From Octopus vulgaris (taxonomy: Eukaryota): 64,000 bases of DNA. Position numbers and translations under genes: made by a program. The DNA is taken from the NCBI GenBank assembly GCA_951406725.2, contig OX597828.1, positions 6,758,001 through 6,822,000 of the forward strand, written 5' to 3'. A model generated the notes under the pieces. It had not been told where the DNA came from and ran no database searches. It worked only from the letters and a program-made list of their open reading frames with translations. The stretch's first letter is position 1; each line of letters starts with the position of its first letter. This document shows, piece after piece, positions 13,463-25,959 of this stretch.

Positions 13463-14540
13463 AAACACACACATGAACATATCACGATTCCACAGATACA
13501 CACACCTCAAACACACGTAACAAACGACAAATAAACACAAACACACACTAAAATACACATCCTTAAAGCTACTTACACGCTATGCCTGCACTTACTCATA
13601 CGTAGGGCCTCAGCTATCAATATGAGCTGAGCTGTGTGTCATTTGATATTATCAGCTATTAAGAAGCCATCATAATTCCGGCAGCCATTTTTTACTTCAT
13701 CTATTTCTGCTTTTTAAATCTCCCTACTCCCTTCTACCCGGCATACTACTTTTTTTTTCCCTCGTAAACGACTCTCTTCTCTTTCCTTTCAACCCCACTC
13801 TCGTTCCTACCTTCGATCCTCATCTCCTTTGCTTCTCTTTGCTGCACTCACGGCGTAATAGAAGAATAAAGGAGAGAGAGAGAGAGAGAGCAGTTACATC
13901 CTATTGAGGTTAGTAGGACATGTATGAGCAACAATGGTATCTTGGTGCAAAGATATGACAGCAGGTGATATTCAGAGAGAGAGAGAGAGAGAGAGAGAAT
14001 GTGTGAGGGGGAGAAGAGAGAGAGGGGAAAAGAGGGCAAGATAGATAGAGAGAGGAAGAGAAGAAGAGGATAAAGGAATAATTTCTCAGATAAAGTGATT
14101 GCTTTGTTGCAACCCTGCAGCCGAATGTGCACAGCCTTTGCTGCCGAACTTGCAATAACTGCGATGATACGTGCACATTACACTCTTTTACTAAACTCGG
14201 TAGCAATTTCAATAGTTCTGAATGTGTCGTCTGACTACGTGAGTGCTTGTATGCTTCTGTGCGCGTTTATATACATACACATATAATGCATACATATACG
14301 TATATATATATGTGTATGTGTGTATGTGTGTGTGTGTGTGTGTATTTGTATTCTATATTGCAATCCGTGAACAACAAACGACGTCGATATCAATTGACGG
14401 AAGACACACACAGTCGCATGCACGCACTGGTAACTGTGTGTGTATGTATGTATGTATGTACTGTATGTATGTATGTATGCATGTATGTATGTATGTATGT
14501 ATGTATGTGCAGGTACATATACGCTTGTGCATATCTACAT

Positions 14541-14596
<56 letters not shown>

Positions 14597-14691
14597 AGAT
14601 ATAGATATATATATATGCATACATATATATACACATGTGTGTATATTTATGTATATATATGTGCATATATATATATATATGTATACACGCA

Positions 14692-14733
<42 letters not shown>

Positions 14734-14797
14734 CATACATGCATACATACATACATACATACATACATACATACAAACATATAAATATATACACATA

Positions 14798-16316
14798 CAG
14801 TGGGGAGAAATAAATATTCGTACACATCAAAATTCTTTATTTATTTAATTTCTAATGAACGTAAATGGGATATACCAATACTATATTTGCATACACATGC
14901 ATAAACTAAGAATATGCAAAAAGAAACTAATAAATTATAGTAACTAATGAATATTATATACAATTATAAATATTTAGGGGTGAAAAAAGTATTTTTCCTA
15001 TGCCACAAAATACTGTTAAAATTTTTTTTTTTTACTAGAACTTTCTCGTTTGTTCCAATAATCTTATCAGTTGTCATTTTTATGCGTCAAAGCGCTAGCT
15101 TCTTCATTCAGCACTGAGACAACATAAAGTAGTATCGTAATAATGGCGAAAAGTAAAGAACTCACAAATTCAGTGAAAAACTTAATTATTGAACAGTGGA
15201 AAGCAGGTAAAAGTTACAAGAAAATATCAGAGACCCTTTGTATTCCATTTTCTACCATATCTTCATTTATTCAAAGATATAAAAAAAAATCGTGAACTTG
15301 CACCACGCAAGATTTCCCCTAGATCTTTAAGAAAAATGAAGCGAAGAATCGAAAAAAACGCAATGATCACCAGAAAGGAGTTGCAAGAAGATTCGTTAGC
15401 TTCAGGGACTAGTGTTACACTATGAAGAATCAGCAATGAACTTCATGGGCATGAACTGAAATCACGCTCTCCTAGAAAAACTCCGCTGTTGACTAAAAGG
15501 CATAGAGATGCCCGTTTAAAATTTGTTTATGAACATAAAGATAAATCTGAGACATTCTGGGAAAATGTTCTATGGACAGACGAGTCGAAAATTGAATTGT
15601 TCGGACGAAATTCGCGTAGCCATGTTCGGAGGAAAGAGGGTACCGCCTATTCGCCGAAAAACACAATTCCTACCGTAAAGTTTGGAGGTGGTATAGGGTT
15701 GTTTCTCTGCAAATTGTACTGGCAAATTACATGTGATAGATGGTAGAATGAATGCAGAGACGTACCAAAATATTTTGAACAATGACTTATGGGACTCTGT
15801 AGAAAAGCTCCAGCTTTGTGAAGGGTGGGTTTTACAACAGGATAATGACCTTAAGCACACAGTGAAGTCTACCAAAAATGGATCGTCGATCACAATATAA
15901 AATTATTAGAATGGCCAAGTCAGTAGCCTGACTTGAATCCCATTGAAAATTTGTGGCATTATTTGAAAATTAAAATTCAGATTTGAAGAAAATTTGTCAA
16001 GAAGAATAGGAAAAAATTCCTAAAGAAACATGCGAGTCATTGATTAAGAACTACTAGAAGAGATTGGTTGAAGTGGAACTGAATAATGGTCGTGCTACGA
16101 AGTATTAAATCAGAATTATCAGTTATTTATGTTCTGTACGAATACGTTTTTCACCCCTAAATATTTATAATTGAATATAAATTCCTTTGTTACTATAATT
16201 TATTAGTTTCTTTATGCATGTGTATGCAAATATAGTATTGGTATATCCCATTTATGTTCATTAGAAATTAAATAAATAAAGAATTTTGACGCACGAATAC
16301 TTATTTCCCCCCACTG
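14798..16316 (+). mobile_element. Tc1-family DNA transposon, full length, IR/DR type
   Basis: TA|cagtgggg...ccccactg|TA. Inverted repeats of about 190 bp (14798-~14995 and ~16135-16316) with an inner repeat of the terminal motif (ggggtgaaaaa.gtatt). Confidence 0.95.
15143..16108 (+). pseudogene. Tc1 DD34E transposase, frameshifted and with stops
   Basis: MAKSKELT..GKSYKKIS; FWENVLWTDESKIELFG; PTVKFGGG; QQDND; WPSQ*PDLNPIENLW; GRATKY*. Confidence 0.92.
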
Positions 16317-16862
16317 TACATACATAGATATGCATGTATGTTTATCTATATGTTTATATCCATCTTCATCTCTTTATCGCTAAGTATTTCGCTAGTTGTC
16401 TGCCTTTTGTCTGTCTTTACTTATGTATATATGCATGTATAAAGATTCTTTTAAGTTGTCACATGTAACCCAGTATGATTTGATAATAAAATTTTTTCTT
16501 TAACGTAACGAAGAATTTTCTTCGGCGATGTTTTGCACATTGGTGGGACTGCGCGCCAAATATTGCACACCGTTGTTCTCATTACCCACACTCAGTACCT
16601 TGCTGACAATTTTTCTATCTTTTCTTCTTATTTCACTATCTATACCTTTTGTTCTTTACTTCATGACCCATCCTGCCTCTTCCAGTCAATTACAGTATCT
16701 TCGCACGCAGTCACCATCAAGCCACTCGCGTTATTGAGGTACCATTAGAATGGAAGTTTTATGTCCTCTGTGATTTCATATCCCAGCTGCGTAAAAAGGT
16801 CAGCCTAGAGGATCCTAGGGCACTCCATACGGGTGACACACACACGTTCACACACACACATC

Positions 16863-16906
<44 letters not shown>

Positions 16907-16911
<5 letters not shown>

Positions 16912-17189
16912 TATCAAAAGGGTAATCAGAAATATTAGAAATTTCCATTACCAGTGGCCTAGCGTGTAAAAATCTAAGGTGTACCTGCTGAAGAAGACCT
17001 CGCCTACCAAATTATTTTATTTGCTAAAAAAAAAGTCTGAAACCATTGTCCAGGAGTTAGATGATAAATGTTTTTTTTTATTTTTCATTCCCTTTAAAAT
17101 TTTATCCCTAATAATGGTTTGGAATTTAACTGTTCTCTCTAGCGTGCAAGGAATCCTATGATGGATGCCTCTTATGTGTTTAAAAGTAC

Positions 17190-17192
<3 letters not shown>
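16907..17192 (+). mobile_element. Hammerhead-bearing short element between (TA)n tracts (Penelope pLTR-like)
   Basis: Non-repetitive 285-bp block with TA repeats on both sides; contains the hammerhead at 16984-17054. Confidence 0.6.
16984..17054 (+). ncRNA. Type I minimal hammerhead ribozyme, canonical core
   Basis: Stem I cctg/cagg; CTGAAGA; stem II agac/gtct; GAAA; stem III AC-catt-GT; GUC site with predicted cleavage after 17050. Confidence 0.75.
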
Positions 17193-17249
<57 letters not shown>

Positions 17250-17316
17250 TGTATGTATGTATGTATGTATGTATGTATATGTATGTGTGTATATATATAT
17301 ATGAATATATATATCG

Positions 17317-17475
17317 TGGCTATGTGATAAAAAAGTTCACATGGTTCTGGATTCAGTCACACTGCCTGGCACCTTGGATAACTGCCTTCCTTTTGGAGAT
17401 GGGACCGACAGAAGCCTCATGAGCAGATATGATAGCGGGAAACTAAAAGAAGCCACTCTTATGTATATGTGCGCG

Positions 17476-17533
<58 letters not shown>

Positions 17534-17700
17534 TGTGTCTGTGTCCGTGTTTGTAGCCCACCACCGCTTAACAACCGGGACTGGTGTGTTTACGTTCCCG
17601 TACTAATAAGGACTGGAATCGATTCACTCGACTAAAAATTCTTCAAGGTAGTAGCCCAGCATGGCCGCAGTCTAATGGCTGAAGTAAATTAAAGCTAAAA
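17317..17700 (+). mobile_element. SINE family B, diverged, with internal (TG)n
   Basis: catggttctggattcagtcacactgcctggcaccttgg...ccagcatggccgcagtc. Confidence 0.8.
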
Positions 17701-17702
17701 TG

Positions 17703-17915
17703 CGTGGAGTGCTGCAAAGTTCCTGGCTTTGGATAAAAAATACAAGAGGATTAGTTAATTATAATTCTATTCAACATATTCAACTCTCAGGTTCACGCAC
17801 ATATTGCAGCGGGCCTTAAGTGTTTCGAAGCCCTGTAAAAGAACTTGGAAGGGGGGGTCTCCAACCAGGCCTTTCGTGATACCCTTAAAAACAAGAACTT
17901 TTCAGCACCACCTCG
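17703..17915. mobile_element. Mariner-type MITE
   Basis: Imperfect TIRs cgtggagtgctgcaaagttcctgg / caagaacttttcagcaccacctcg|TA. Confidence 0.7.
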
Positions 17916-18300
17916 TATAAACACACACACACACACACAAAGGATATTTTCAGTTTTTCTCTACCAAAGACCCACGTAGTGAGACTGAATCCGGAACCAT
18001 GTAGGTTGGGAACAAAATTCTTACAACACGGTCACACCTGCACCTATGTAGATGTGTGTCTGTGTAGTTCTACTCAAGTTTGTAGAGATCAAACTGCATT
18101 ACGAGTAATCTAGTTGTATTCCGGATTGCGTTGGGAAGAGCAATCCAAGAGGACTAAATTTTAATAGAATAAAGCAACACCAAATCCAGGTATTCATCCG
18201 TGAGGTTGAACAAAATGATGTCAATGTTTCGGACAATGTTGTTTACAAAAAAGGGGAGGTAATTGAGAAACAAAGTTATATGGATGTTAATAAAGCTACG

Positions 18301-18542
18301 TGGAGGCTTAGTGTTTAGGGTGTCAGCTTCATGATAGTAAGATTGTGGTTTCGATTCCTGGACCAGGTGACGCGTTGTGTTCTTGAATAAAACACTTCAT
18401 TTCACGTTGCTCCAGTCCACTCAGCTGGCAAAATTAAGTAACGTTGTGATGGACTGGCGTCCCGTTCAGCTAGGGAACACATACGCCATTGAACCCGGGA
18501 AACCGGGCCCATGAGCCTGGCTAGGCTTTAAAAGGGCGCATT
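18301..18542 (+). mobile_element. tRNA-derived SINE, family D
   Basis: ggcttagtgtttagg A-box, ggtttcgattcc B-box; tail ccggggaaaccgggcccatgagcc shared with family C. Confidence 0.8.
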
Positions 18543-19828
18543 TATTTTATTTATTTTTTTATTAAAGCTACATGGTCGATAATTATTTACAGAAGCGAGT
18601 AATATTTTGTAGCTTCTAGTTGAAGAGACCGAAGTCTAGAGATGGGTAAAGATCGGTCGGTGGTGCAGGGAAATGGAAACAGAGAGAAAAGCAGTTATAA
18701 AATGTGAGCGCGGGTATATATTTGCGAGTGGGTCAGTAGAATGGGCAACAGCAGGCGGTGGTGAAAAGGTAAGTAGATATAGCAATACTGTGAGATGATG
18801 GGTTGAAAAGGTAGATATAGAGATTGATTTTACTTATAAACATTCGCACACACAACAAAGTGAACTGAAACCAAAAGATTTATGAAGCTTCGTCAAATTT
18901 ACGATGCCATTTCTGTGACTTATAATCATTATTTAAGCAAGTATTGACTGTAAAGTGTTAAGTCCCAGAATCGATGCAGTGTAGGTGACAGGGTACGAAC
19001 CATATACCCTTTGGCTAGTAATTCAATAATTTTATCGACTTAGCCAGCTGTGATTTTCTAATAAATTATATACTGAACGGAAAATTCAAAACACGTAAAT
19101 TCGTACAACTACCGAGAGCGTTCTGTTGCTTGCCTTTGGCAAGACTCTTAACTCATCATCTATACTGCAAAATTACTTCAGTTCTTGTGGCTATTTTATA
19201 AATTAAAAATACAAAAATAGCAAAATAAAATAAAGTAAAATCATTAATCATAGAAAGTATTGAATTATCTCGGCTCTCATCAATCTGTGCAAGGATGCAA
19301 TGAAGCCAGTGAAATACAATAATGATTACAGCGATATTAACTGAATAAATCGAATTATTTTTCCATTACTTAGCTCTGGTAATTTTCTGACATTTCACAC
19401 GCGAGTGTTCTGGAAACAATAATGTGTTAACCTTTCCGTTGTTGCTGCATTACTTGGTAAATACACGCCGTGCTAATGGGATCGTCTTTAATAACGCCTG
19501 TGGAGTTTCCAAAGGCACATTTGACCTTTAAAAATAGGTATATTTCGGTAGATATAAAATACACTCAAATGCACATAAACACACACATACATATTATACA
19601 TACATATATACATGTATATATATACATATATATAAATATATATTTATAAGTACAGAGTGAGAGAAAAAGAGAGAGATGTTTATGTATGCAAATATATACA
19701 TATATGTATGTGTGCATATATATATATAAGTATATATGTGTATATGTATATGTTAATCTATATATGTGTGTATGTGTTTGTGTATGTGTGTGTGAGTACT
19801 TTATTAAAAAGCAGCAAAAATATCACAA

Positions 19829-19872
19829 AAACTGTTACTCGGAGTTTCACGTTCCCGTTCGTCGGACAGTTT
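19829..19872 (-). ncRNA. Type I minimal hammerhead ribozyme, U4C core variant
   Basis: Minus strand: aaactgt CCGACGA acg-ggaa-cgt GAAA ctc-c-gag TA acagttt. Stem I 7 bp, GNRA-capped stem II, GUA site. Confidence 0.75.
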
Positions 19873-19912
19873 ATGTTTAGAATATATATATATATGTTTG
19901 TGTGTCTTTATG

Positions 19913-19974
<62 letters not shown>

Positions 19975-19978
19975 AATA

Positions 19979-21046
19979 CATATATACATGTGTGTGTGTG
20001 TGTGAACTTCTGGCCTCGACATTGCACTCATAACTTATTGGTCAGCTTGAGGTGCTATGTTGTTAGGAAATAAACCTCTTTCTCATATATTAATGATTGT
20101 GTATACAGACGCCTCCATCAGAACAAATATGCACATACTAGCGCCTACACACATACTTGCAGAAACACTCACACATGTGCTCACACATATCCAAATACAC
20201 ATGAACATATATATATATAAATTTATGTCAATATTTGTTTGGACGTATTGAACGAAGCTTGCTTTCCAATTGTAATAACTATGGGAAAATCATGAATGTC
20301 ATAAGCACCAATCCTATATTTCTTTGACATTAAATTGTGCCGATGAATATAAATCATTTATTGGTAATTAAGATGAATGCCATCCCCCTCACCTATCTTG
20401 CAACTGTAGTTAACATATTCATTGTTCATTGTGTAATTAAGATGTGTATTGCCCCCTACGGCTTGTATTCCAACACGCATCTCTAAAGCAAACAAGAAGC
20501 CTCTTTGCGCTCACTCAACCTGGAAGAAATAGTACTCAAGCCTCCCAAAAATCACATATCGTCACCGTATTAAATAAGGTAAGCCTTCTTAAAATGATGC
20601 AGTTCTTCTTGCATATACATATATGCAAACGGAATATTCTTAGTTGTGATGTTTTTACATGAGATCGTACAGAACTGAGCATGGTGCTAAAACTTTCAAC
20701 AGCAACAACAGGCTTGAATATTACGTTTTATACATGTGGAAGTGCATGGTTTAGTAGTTGTGGTGTTGGACTCATGATCGTAAGATTGCGGCTTCGATTT
20801 CCGGACTAGGCGCTGCGCTGTTTTCTTGAGCACAATAATTCATTTCGTGTTACTCCAAACTACTTAGTTGGCAAAATTGAATAATCTGCGAAATATATGC
20901 TCCACGGAAACCGGCCTTATGAGGCTATACGAGTAAAGAAAGATCACTATCCCCTCTCTTTCTCTCCCCCCCCTCTCTCTCTTCTCCCTCTCTCTTCTTC
21001 TCCCTGTCACATATAGACTTACATATGCATACACAAGCGCATGCGT

Positions 21047-21141
<95 letters not shown>

Positions 21142-21291
21142 TACATATATACATGTGTGTGTGTGTGTGAACTTCTGGCCTCGACATTGCACTCATAACT
21201 TATTGGTCAGCTTGAGGTGGTATGTTGTTAGGAAATAAACCTCTTTCTCATATATTAATGATTGTGTATACAGACGCCTCCACCAGAACAA
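19979..21291 (+). repeat. Local direct duplication of about 150 bp (19979-20126 and ~21144-21291)
   Basis: gaacttctggcctcgacattgc...cagacgcctcca.cagaacaa occurs twice with two substitutions. Confidence 0.9.
20737..20925 (+). mobile_element. SINE family D, diverged
   Basis: Homologous to 18301-18542. Confidence 0.7.
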
Positions 21292-21308
21292 GGTAAAATA
21301 CACACATA

Positions 21309-21403
<95 letters not shown>

Positions 21404-22269
21404 ATTTAAAGGGCTAAAGAACCACTATGTGGTCAGCCGTATGCTAGAAGTTGATCACCTATGATCAAACGACAAAGAAAATAATGTTCTCTTGAGAAAA
21501 ATTCAGCGGACACCAGAACAATATGCGGGCAAGACAGATGAAATTTATATAAAAAACAAGAATTTTATATATATATATATGAGTGGCAAGTTTGATTATC
21601 TATTGGCGCATTTCCAACAGAATGATTTATACACATAAGCACACCAATATATACTTATTTGTGTATGTGTATACACATATGTACGAATATACATTCATAC
21701 AAACAGACCAATTGAACTTCCACTACATCCGGTTGTCCAATTTCAACATATTACCCGCCTCCCGTTTCGAATTTCCTTAAGGCTTCTTATTCCGTTATTT
21801 TGTGGGACGCCATTTTACTTCTCTGGCTCGGTTCTTAGTTGCGTATAATTCTATCAGTCTTTCTTGTCCTCGTCAATAAGTATATCGTTCTTTTTTTCAT
21901 TTTCTCAGTTTTACAAATCTTTCGCTGGCATTTCTATTTTGTTGCATAAAAACGTAAGGATAATCTATAAAATAAATCTCATCCTTATTCGCAATATATA
22001 AAAGAAATTAATAAAACTAGACTATCGTTCGCAATGAAAATAACATAGCATATGTGCATGCAGCTGTGAGGGGAAATCGTCGAATCGCCAGCCGTGATTT
22101 ATCAGAGGATCTGCTGGTTAGTTACAGTTCAGACGCGTTTCTGCCGAGTTTGTGTCAAAACTGCTTTCAGCTGACCAAAAAGACACTCAGTTGCACAAGA
22201 TCTCCTTGATTGTGTTGAGAACGATGGGAACGTTTTCTAAACTTTGCGTAGGCCTCTGAGCAGGAATCG

Positions 22270-22390
22270 CCAAGCGGAAGGGAGCTGGAACGTTGAAACT
22301 GAGTGCACATGCGCAGCAAAGTTCAAGTTCAATCTGCGCTAAGCAGCTTTACTCTGCGTGCTTTAGCTTTGTTACTATGGCAACAGTCCA
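22270..22390. promoter_or_regulatory. Candidate promoter/enhancer with RFX X-box, NRF1-like and ETS-like motifs
   Basis: GTTACTATGGCAAC at 22371-22384; TGCACATGCGCA at 22304-22315; gcggaag at about 22274; locally CpG-richer non-repetitive DNA. Confidence 0.45.
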
Positions 22391-22438
22391 GATACTTATA
22401 AATCAGATTACGTACGCACACACACAGACACACATATT

Positions 22439-22491
<53 letters not shown>

Positions 22492-22813
22492 ACACGCTTC
22501 AGTCAACCGTTGCATCTGACTTGGTATGCGAGTGATTGCTGCTTCTCATAGACAAGATTATGCTTACACAAATACAAACATAAACATATACGTGTCTGGT
22601 CGTCTTGCAGAATACCACAATATTGAGAGCATTTCGCCAATGAGGTTTTGTTGGTTACTACTCTAGTTTTTTTTTCTTTCTTTCTTTTGCATCACTTCTT
22701 TTAGTTTCAAATGTTGTTGTCTTCTTATTCGTGGACCCGTATCACAGAAATTTACATCTCGTTAATGGATGCATGATCCCATTTCGATTCTCACGCAGTC
22801 ACAAACCTACACT

Positions 22814-22857
<44 letters not shown>

Positions 22858-22921
22858 CACACATAAAGACACACACACGCACGCACACCCACCACACACA
22901 CACACGCACATACACACACAC

Positions 22922-22970
<49 letters not shown>

Positions 22971-24082
22971 AGATATATACGAGTATAGGTAATAGAAATT
23001 GATGGATATGTGGCTCTTGAAATATCTGTTAATATATATTTGCAGCTGAATAGAAATTAAAATTAAGACACATCAATGAATTACTTTCTGTACATGTCAA
23101 CTTTCATCCACATAATCTTTTCAAGAAAGCACGAATTAAATGATTAAAAAAAAATTAATGACTCTCTCCAGAGTCTGAAAATGACTGTTCTGCAATTTCT
23201 TGCTCAACAACTTGCAGAGATGATTTGTTTATAATTATCAAACGTTTGTGCTGCACATTAGCTCACACTCCACTTCCCATCAAATCGACATTGCTAGTAT
23301 AGGCGGGCGGTGTGACACATGTCAGGTATCTAAGTGATTGCAGAACAATGTAAGATCTCGGAATCGAAATCATGATCACGTGATCGCAAGTGAGACGTCC
23401 TAACTACCAAGCCACGTATCTACACGATGATCTTTTTTTTTTAAAAATTCATGTTAGACCCGCATGAATTTAGACAATGTTTAAGCAGTAATTAAAGTCA
23501 GTTATGCGTTAATTGACGTAGGTGCGAGTGAGGCTTGTTCTATGTGAAATACACTCAACACTTTAAGCAGAATTGTAACCCATTTCGAAGATCGCTAAGC
23601 AAGTGAGATGCGACAAACTTTTATTTGAACGTATTCTTTAGTTGCATTTCCCCATCCTGTACATTTTTTTTCAATTGTCATATGTAGACGGACGAATATT
23701 AGAATCTCTCTAAATTCACGTCTTTATTAAATTAGAGGCTAACATCTTATTAACGTATTCTTGCGTTAAATATAGACTTGTAATTATGTTTCAGCACCTG
23801 ATGGGAGAAAAGAATTTGCTTACTTTGTCGTGCCATTCAGATTTCATTAAAATGTCATTTGTCCAGTCTGCCATCTTTTACATTCAGCAGTCAAACTCCA
23901 TATGCAACTAACAGTGATTTAAGTTATATCTAATCCTGAGTAAACACACAAAAGCATGCACAGTCATTAACATATCAAGAACATATTTAAACATACACAG
24001 TATACAATTTTTTGCGAAAACGGTTTCACATTCTGCTATATAACACAAATGTATTTTCCAGATTTGTTACAAAAGAATTTAG

Positions 24083-24380
24083 TGGAAGCACATGGCCTAG
24101 TGGTTAGAGCAGCGGACTGGCGGTCGAGGGATCGCGAGTTCGAATCTCAGACCGGGCGATGTCTGTGTTTATGAGCGAAACACCTAAGCTCCACACGGCT
24201 CGGCAGAAGGTAATGGCGAACTTCTGCTGACTCTTTCGCCACAACTTTCTCTCACGCTTTCCTCTTGCAGCTCACCTGCGACGGACCGGACCAGCGTCCC
24301 GTCCAGGTGGGGAATCTATACGCCAAGGAAACCGGGAAACCGGCCCTTATGAGCCAGGCATGGCTCGAAAAAAGGAACAA
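24083..24380 (+). mobile_element. tRNA-derived SINE, family C
   Basis: tggcctagtggttagagc A-box, gagttcgaatctc B-box; homologous to 48785-49075. Confidence 0.85.
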
Positions 24381-24828
24381 AAGAATTTCGTCCGCTTTGA
24401 TCTATACGTCATCGCCTGAATGAAATAATATGAGATGGAGTACATCTCGGTGATCTCATCTGAACATCTGAATTATTTTCCATTGTAAACCCTTTTAGTA
24501 CCCAAAATTCTTAGTAAAGATGATGTAGGCACATTGAGGTAAAATCCAAGCCATATCCTTACACAAAAAAATCCAATGTAAATTGCATTAGAAGATGACT
24601 TAATAATGACTCGCAATTCTTGTGGATGAAGGCACTGTTTTTAGATGTGTTATAATTGTAAACGTATGATATTTTCATGGCTTTACTTGATTAGTTGAAA
24701 TGAAGGTTAATGCCACCAAATAATGACCCATTCTCGAACTTACACTTTATAGGATAATTCACACAGTTTCTTTTCAACAGTGAGGAATCCATTTTCACAG
24801 AAAACCATTCACGAACTTCTTTCTCACT

Positions 24829-24883
<55 letters not shown>

Positions 24884-24904
24884 ATATGAGTGTGTGTCAG
24901 CAAG

Positions 24905-25290
24905 TTCAGGGAAGTGGTAAGTCAATTGCATCGACCTCAGTGTTCAGATGGTCCTTTTCTTATTGACCCAGATTTGAATGAAAGGCAGAGTCGACCTCTC
25001 TTGACAACCTAAGGACAGACGAATTGCTGCTAAACATTTTGCGCGGCGAACTAATAATTATTTCTTTATTGCCAACAAGGGGCTAAACATAGAGACAACA
25101 AACAAGGACAAGCAAAGGGATTAAGTCGATTACATCGACCCCAGTGCGTAACTGGTACTTAATTTATCGACCCCGAGAGGATGAAAGGCAAAGTCGACCT
25201 CGGCGGAATTTGAACTCAGAACGTAAAGGCAGACGAAATACCGCTAAGCATTTCGCTCGGCGTGCTAGTACTTACGTTTCTGCCAGCTGG
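24905..25290 (-). mobile_element. SINE family A, young copy beside or within an old copy
   Basis: gatgaaaggcaaagtcgacctcggcggaatttgaactc plus an upstream degenerate unit. Confidence 0.85.
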
Positions 25291-25422
25291 CGTACTAACA
25301 ATTCTGCCGGCTCACTCGTCAGGCATCTGGAGATAGATCAACAACAGATGAGACGAATTCAAGAAGTCTTGCGTATGTGAAGCCACTTTTGGTCGACTCA
25401 GCTCAGGCGGTAGTATTGGTCT

Positions 25423-25959
25423 TAGAAAATCAGAAACCATATTTAAGGGCGTATTATTGAGAGTATGGATGATGCAATCACTGTTGGACAGGCACTTGTT
25501 TACATATTCAGTCTTGGCCTCATTGAGGTAAAGACCTACACAATTTGAGGCTTGTTCGAGAGATTGTAAAAGAGACTGCGCATTGGAGAGAGAATCACTG
25601 ATAAGAGCGATGTCGTCAGCAAAGTCAGTGTCTGTCAAGTACTCTCTCGTGGAAGCGTCATCCAACCAAAATGCAAATATATGGGAAACTACCACCTGTG
25701 TCATCTCTTGTGAAAGGTAGGAGAGTCCAGTTTGCTGGACATTGTTGTAGAGATGAAAACGAGGCAATTTCTACTCTTCTCCTCTGGAAGTCATCTACTC
25801 GCGATACCAGAGGGCGCACACTCTCCTACCCTGATGTAATCTCCAGGGATACAGGCATCCAGCAACAGGACCTCCGTAATGCCATGATGGACCGTGAAGT
25901 CTGGCGTAGCATGGTAAATTCCATTGTCTTGACCACGGTTGAACAATGATGATGATGAT
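25423..25959 (+). mobile_element. RTE-clade LINE, 5'-truncated with 5' inversion
   Basis: RT segment LTDTDFADDIAL..VGLYLNEAKTEY..VSDF on the minus strand (25423-~25665). C-terminus IYGKLPP..RRVQFAGHCCR..DREVWR on the plus strand, then a (TGA)n tail. TSD-like tattggtct/tattgatct. Confidence 0.85.

Noticed and set aside
21440-21480. tagaag-ttgatc..gatcaa-acg hairpin as a hammerhead
   Set aside because: No CUGANGA box, GAAA box or stem I can be assigned
21700-21815. Minus-strand aaaATGGCG start (MASHKITE*)
   Set aside because: Stop after 8 codons, no usable donor and no recognisable homology
24083-24160. tRNA-like sequences (also at 18301, 49000 and other SINE heads)
   Set aside because: A and B boxes run straight into SINE bodies found in multiple copies; there is no clean cloverleaf with a terminator
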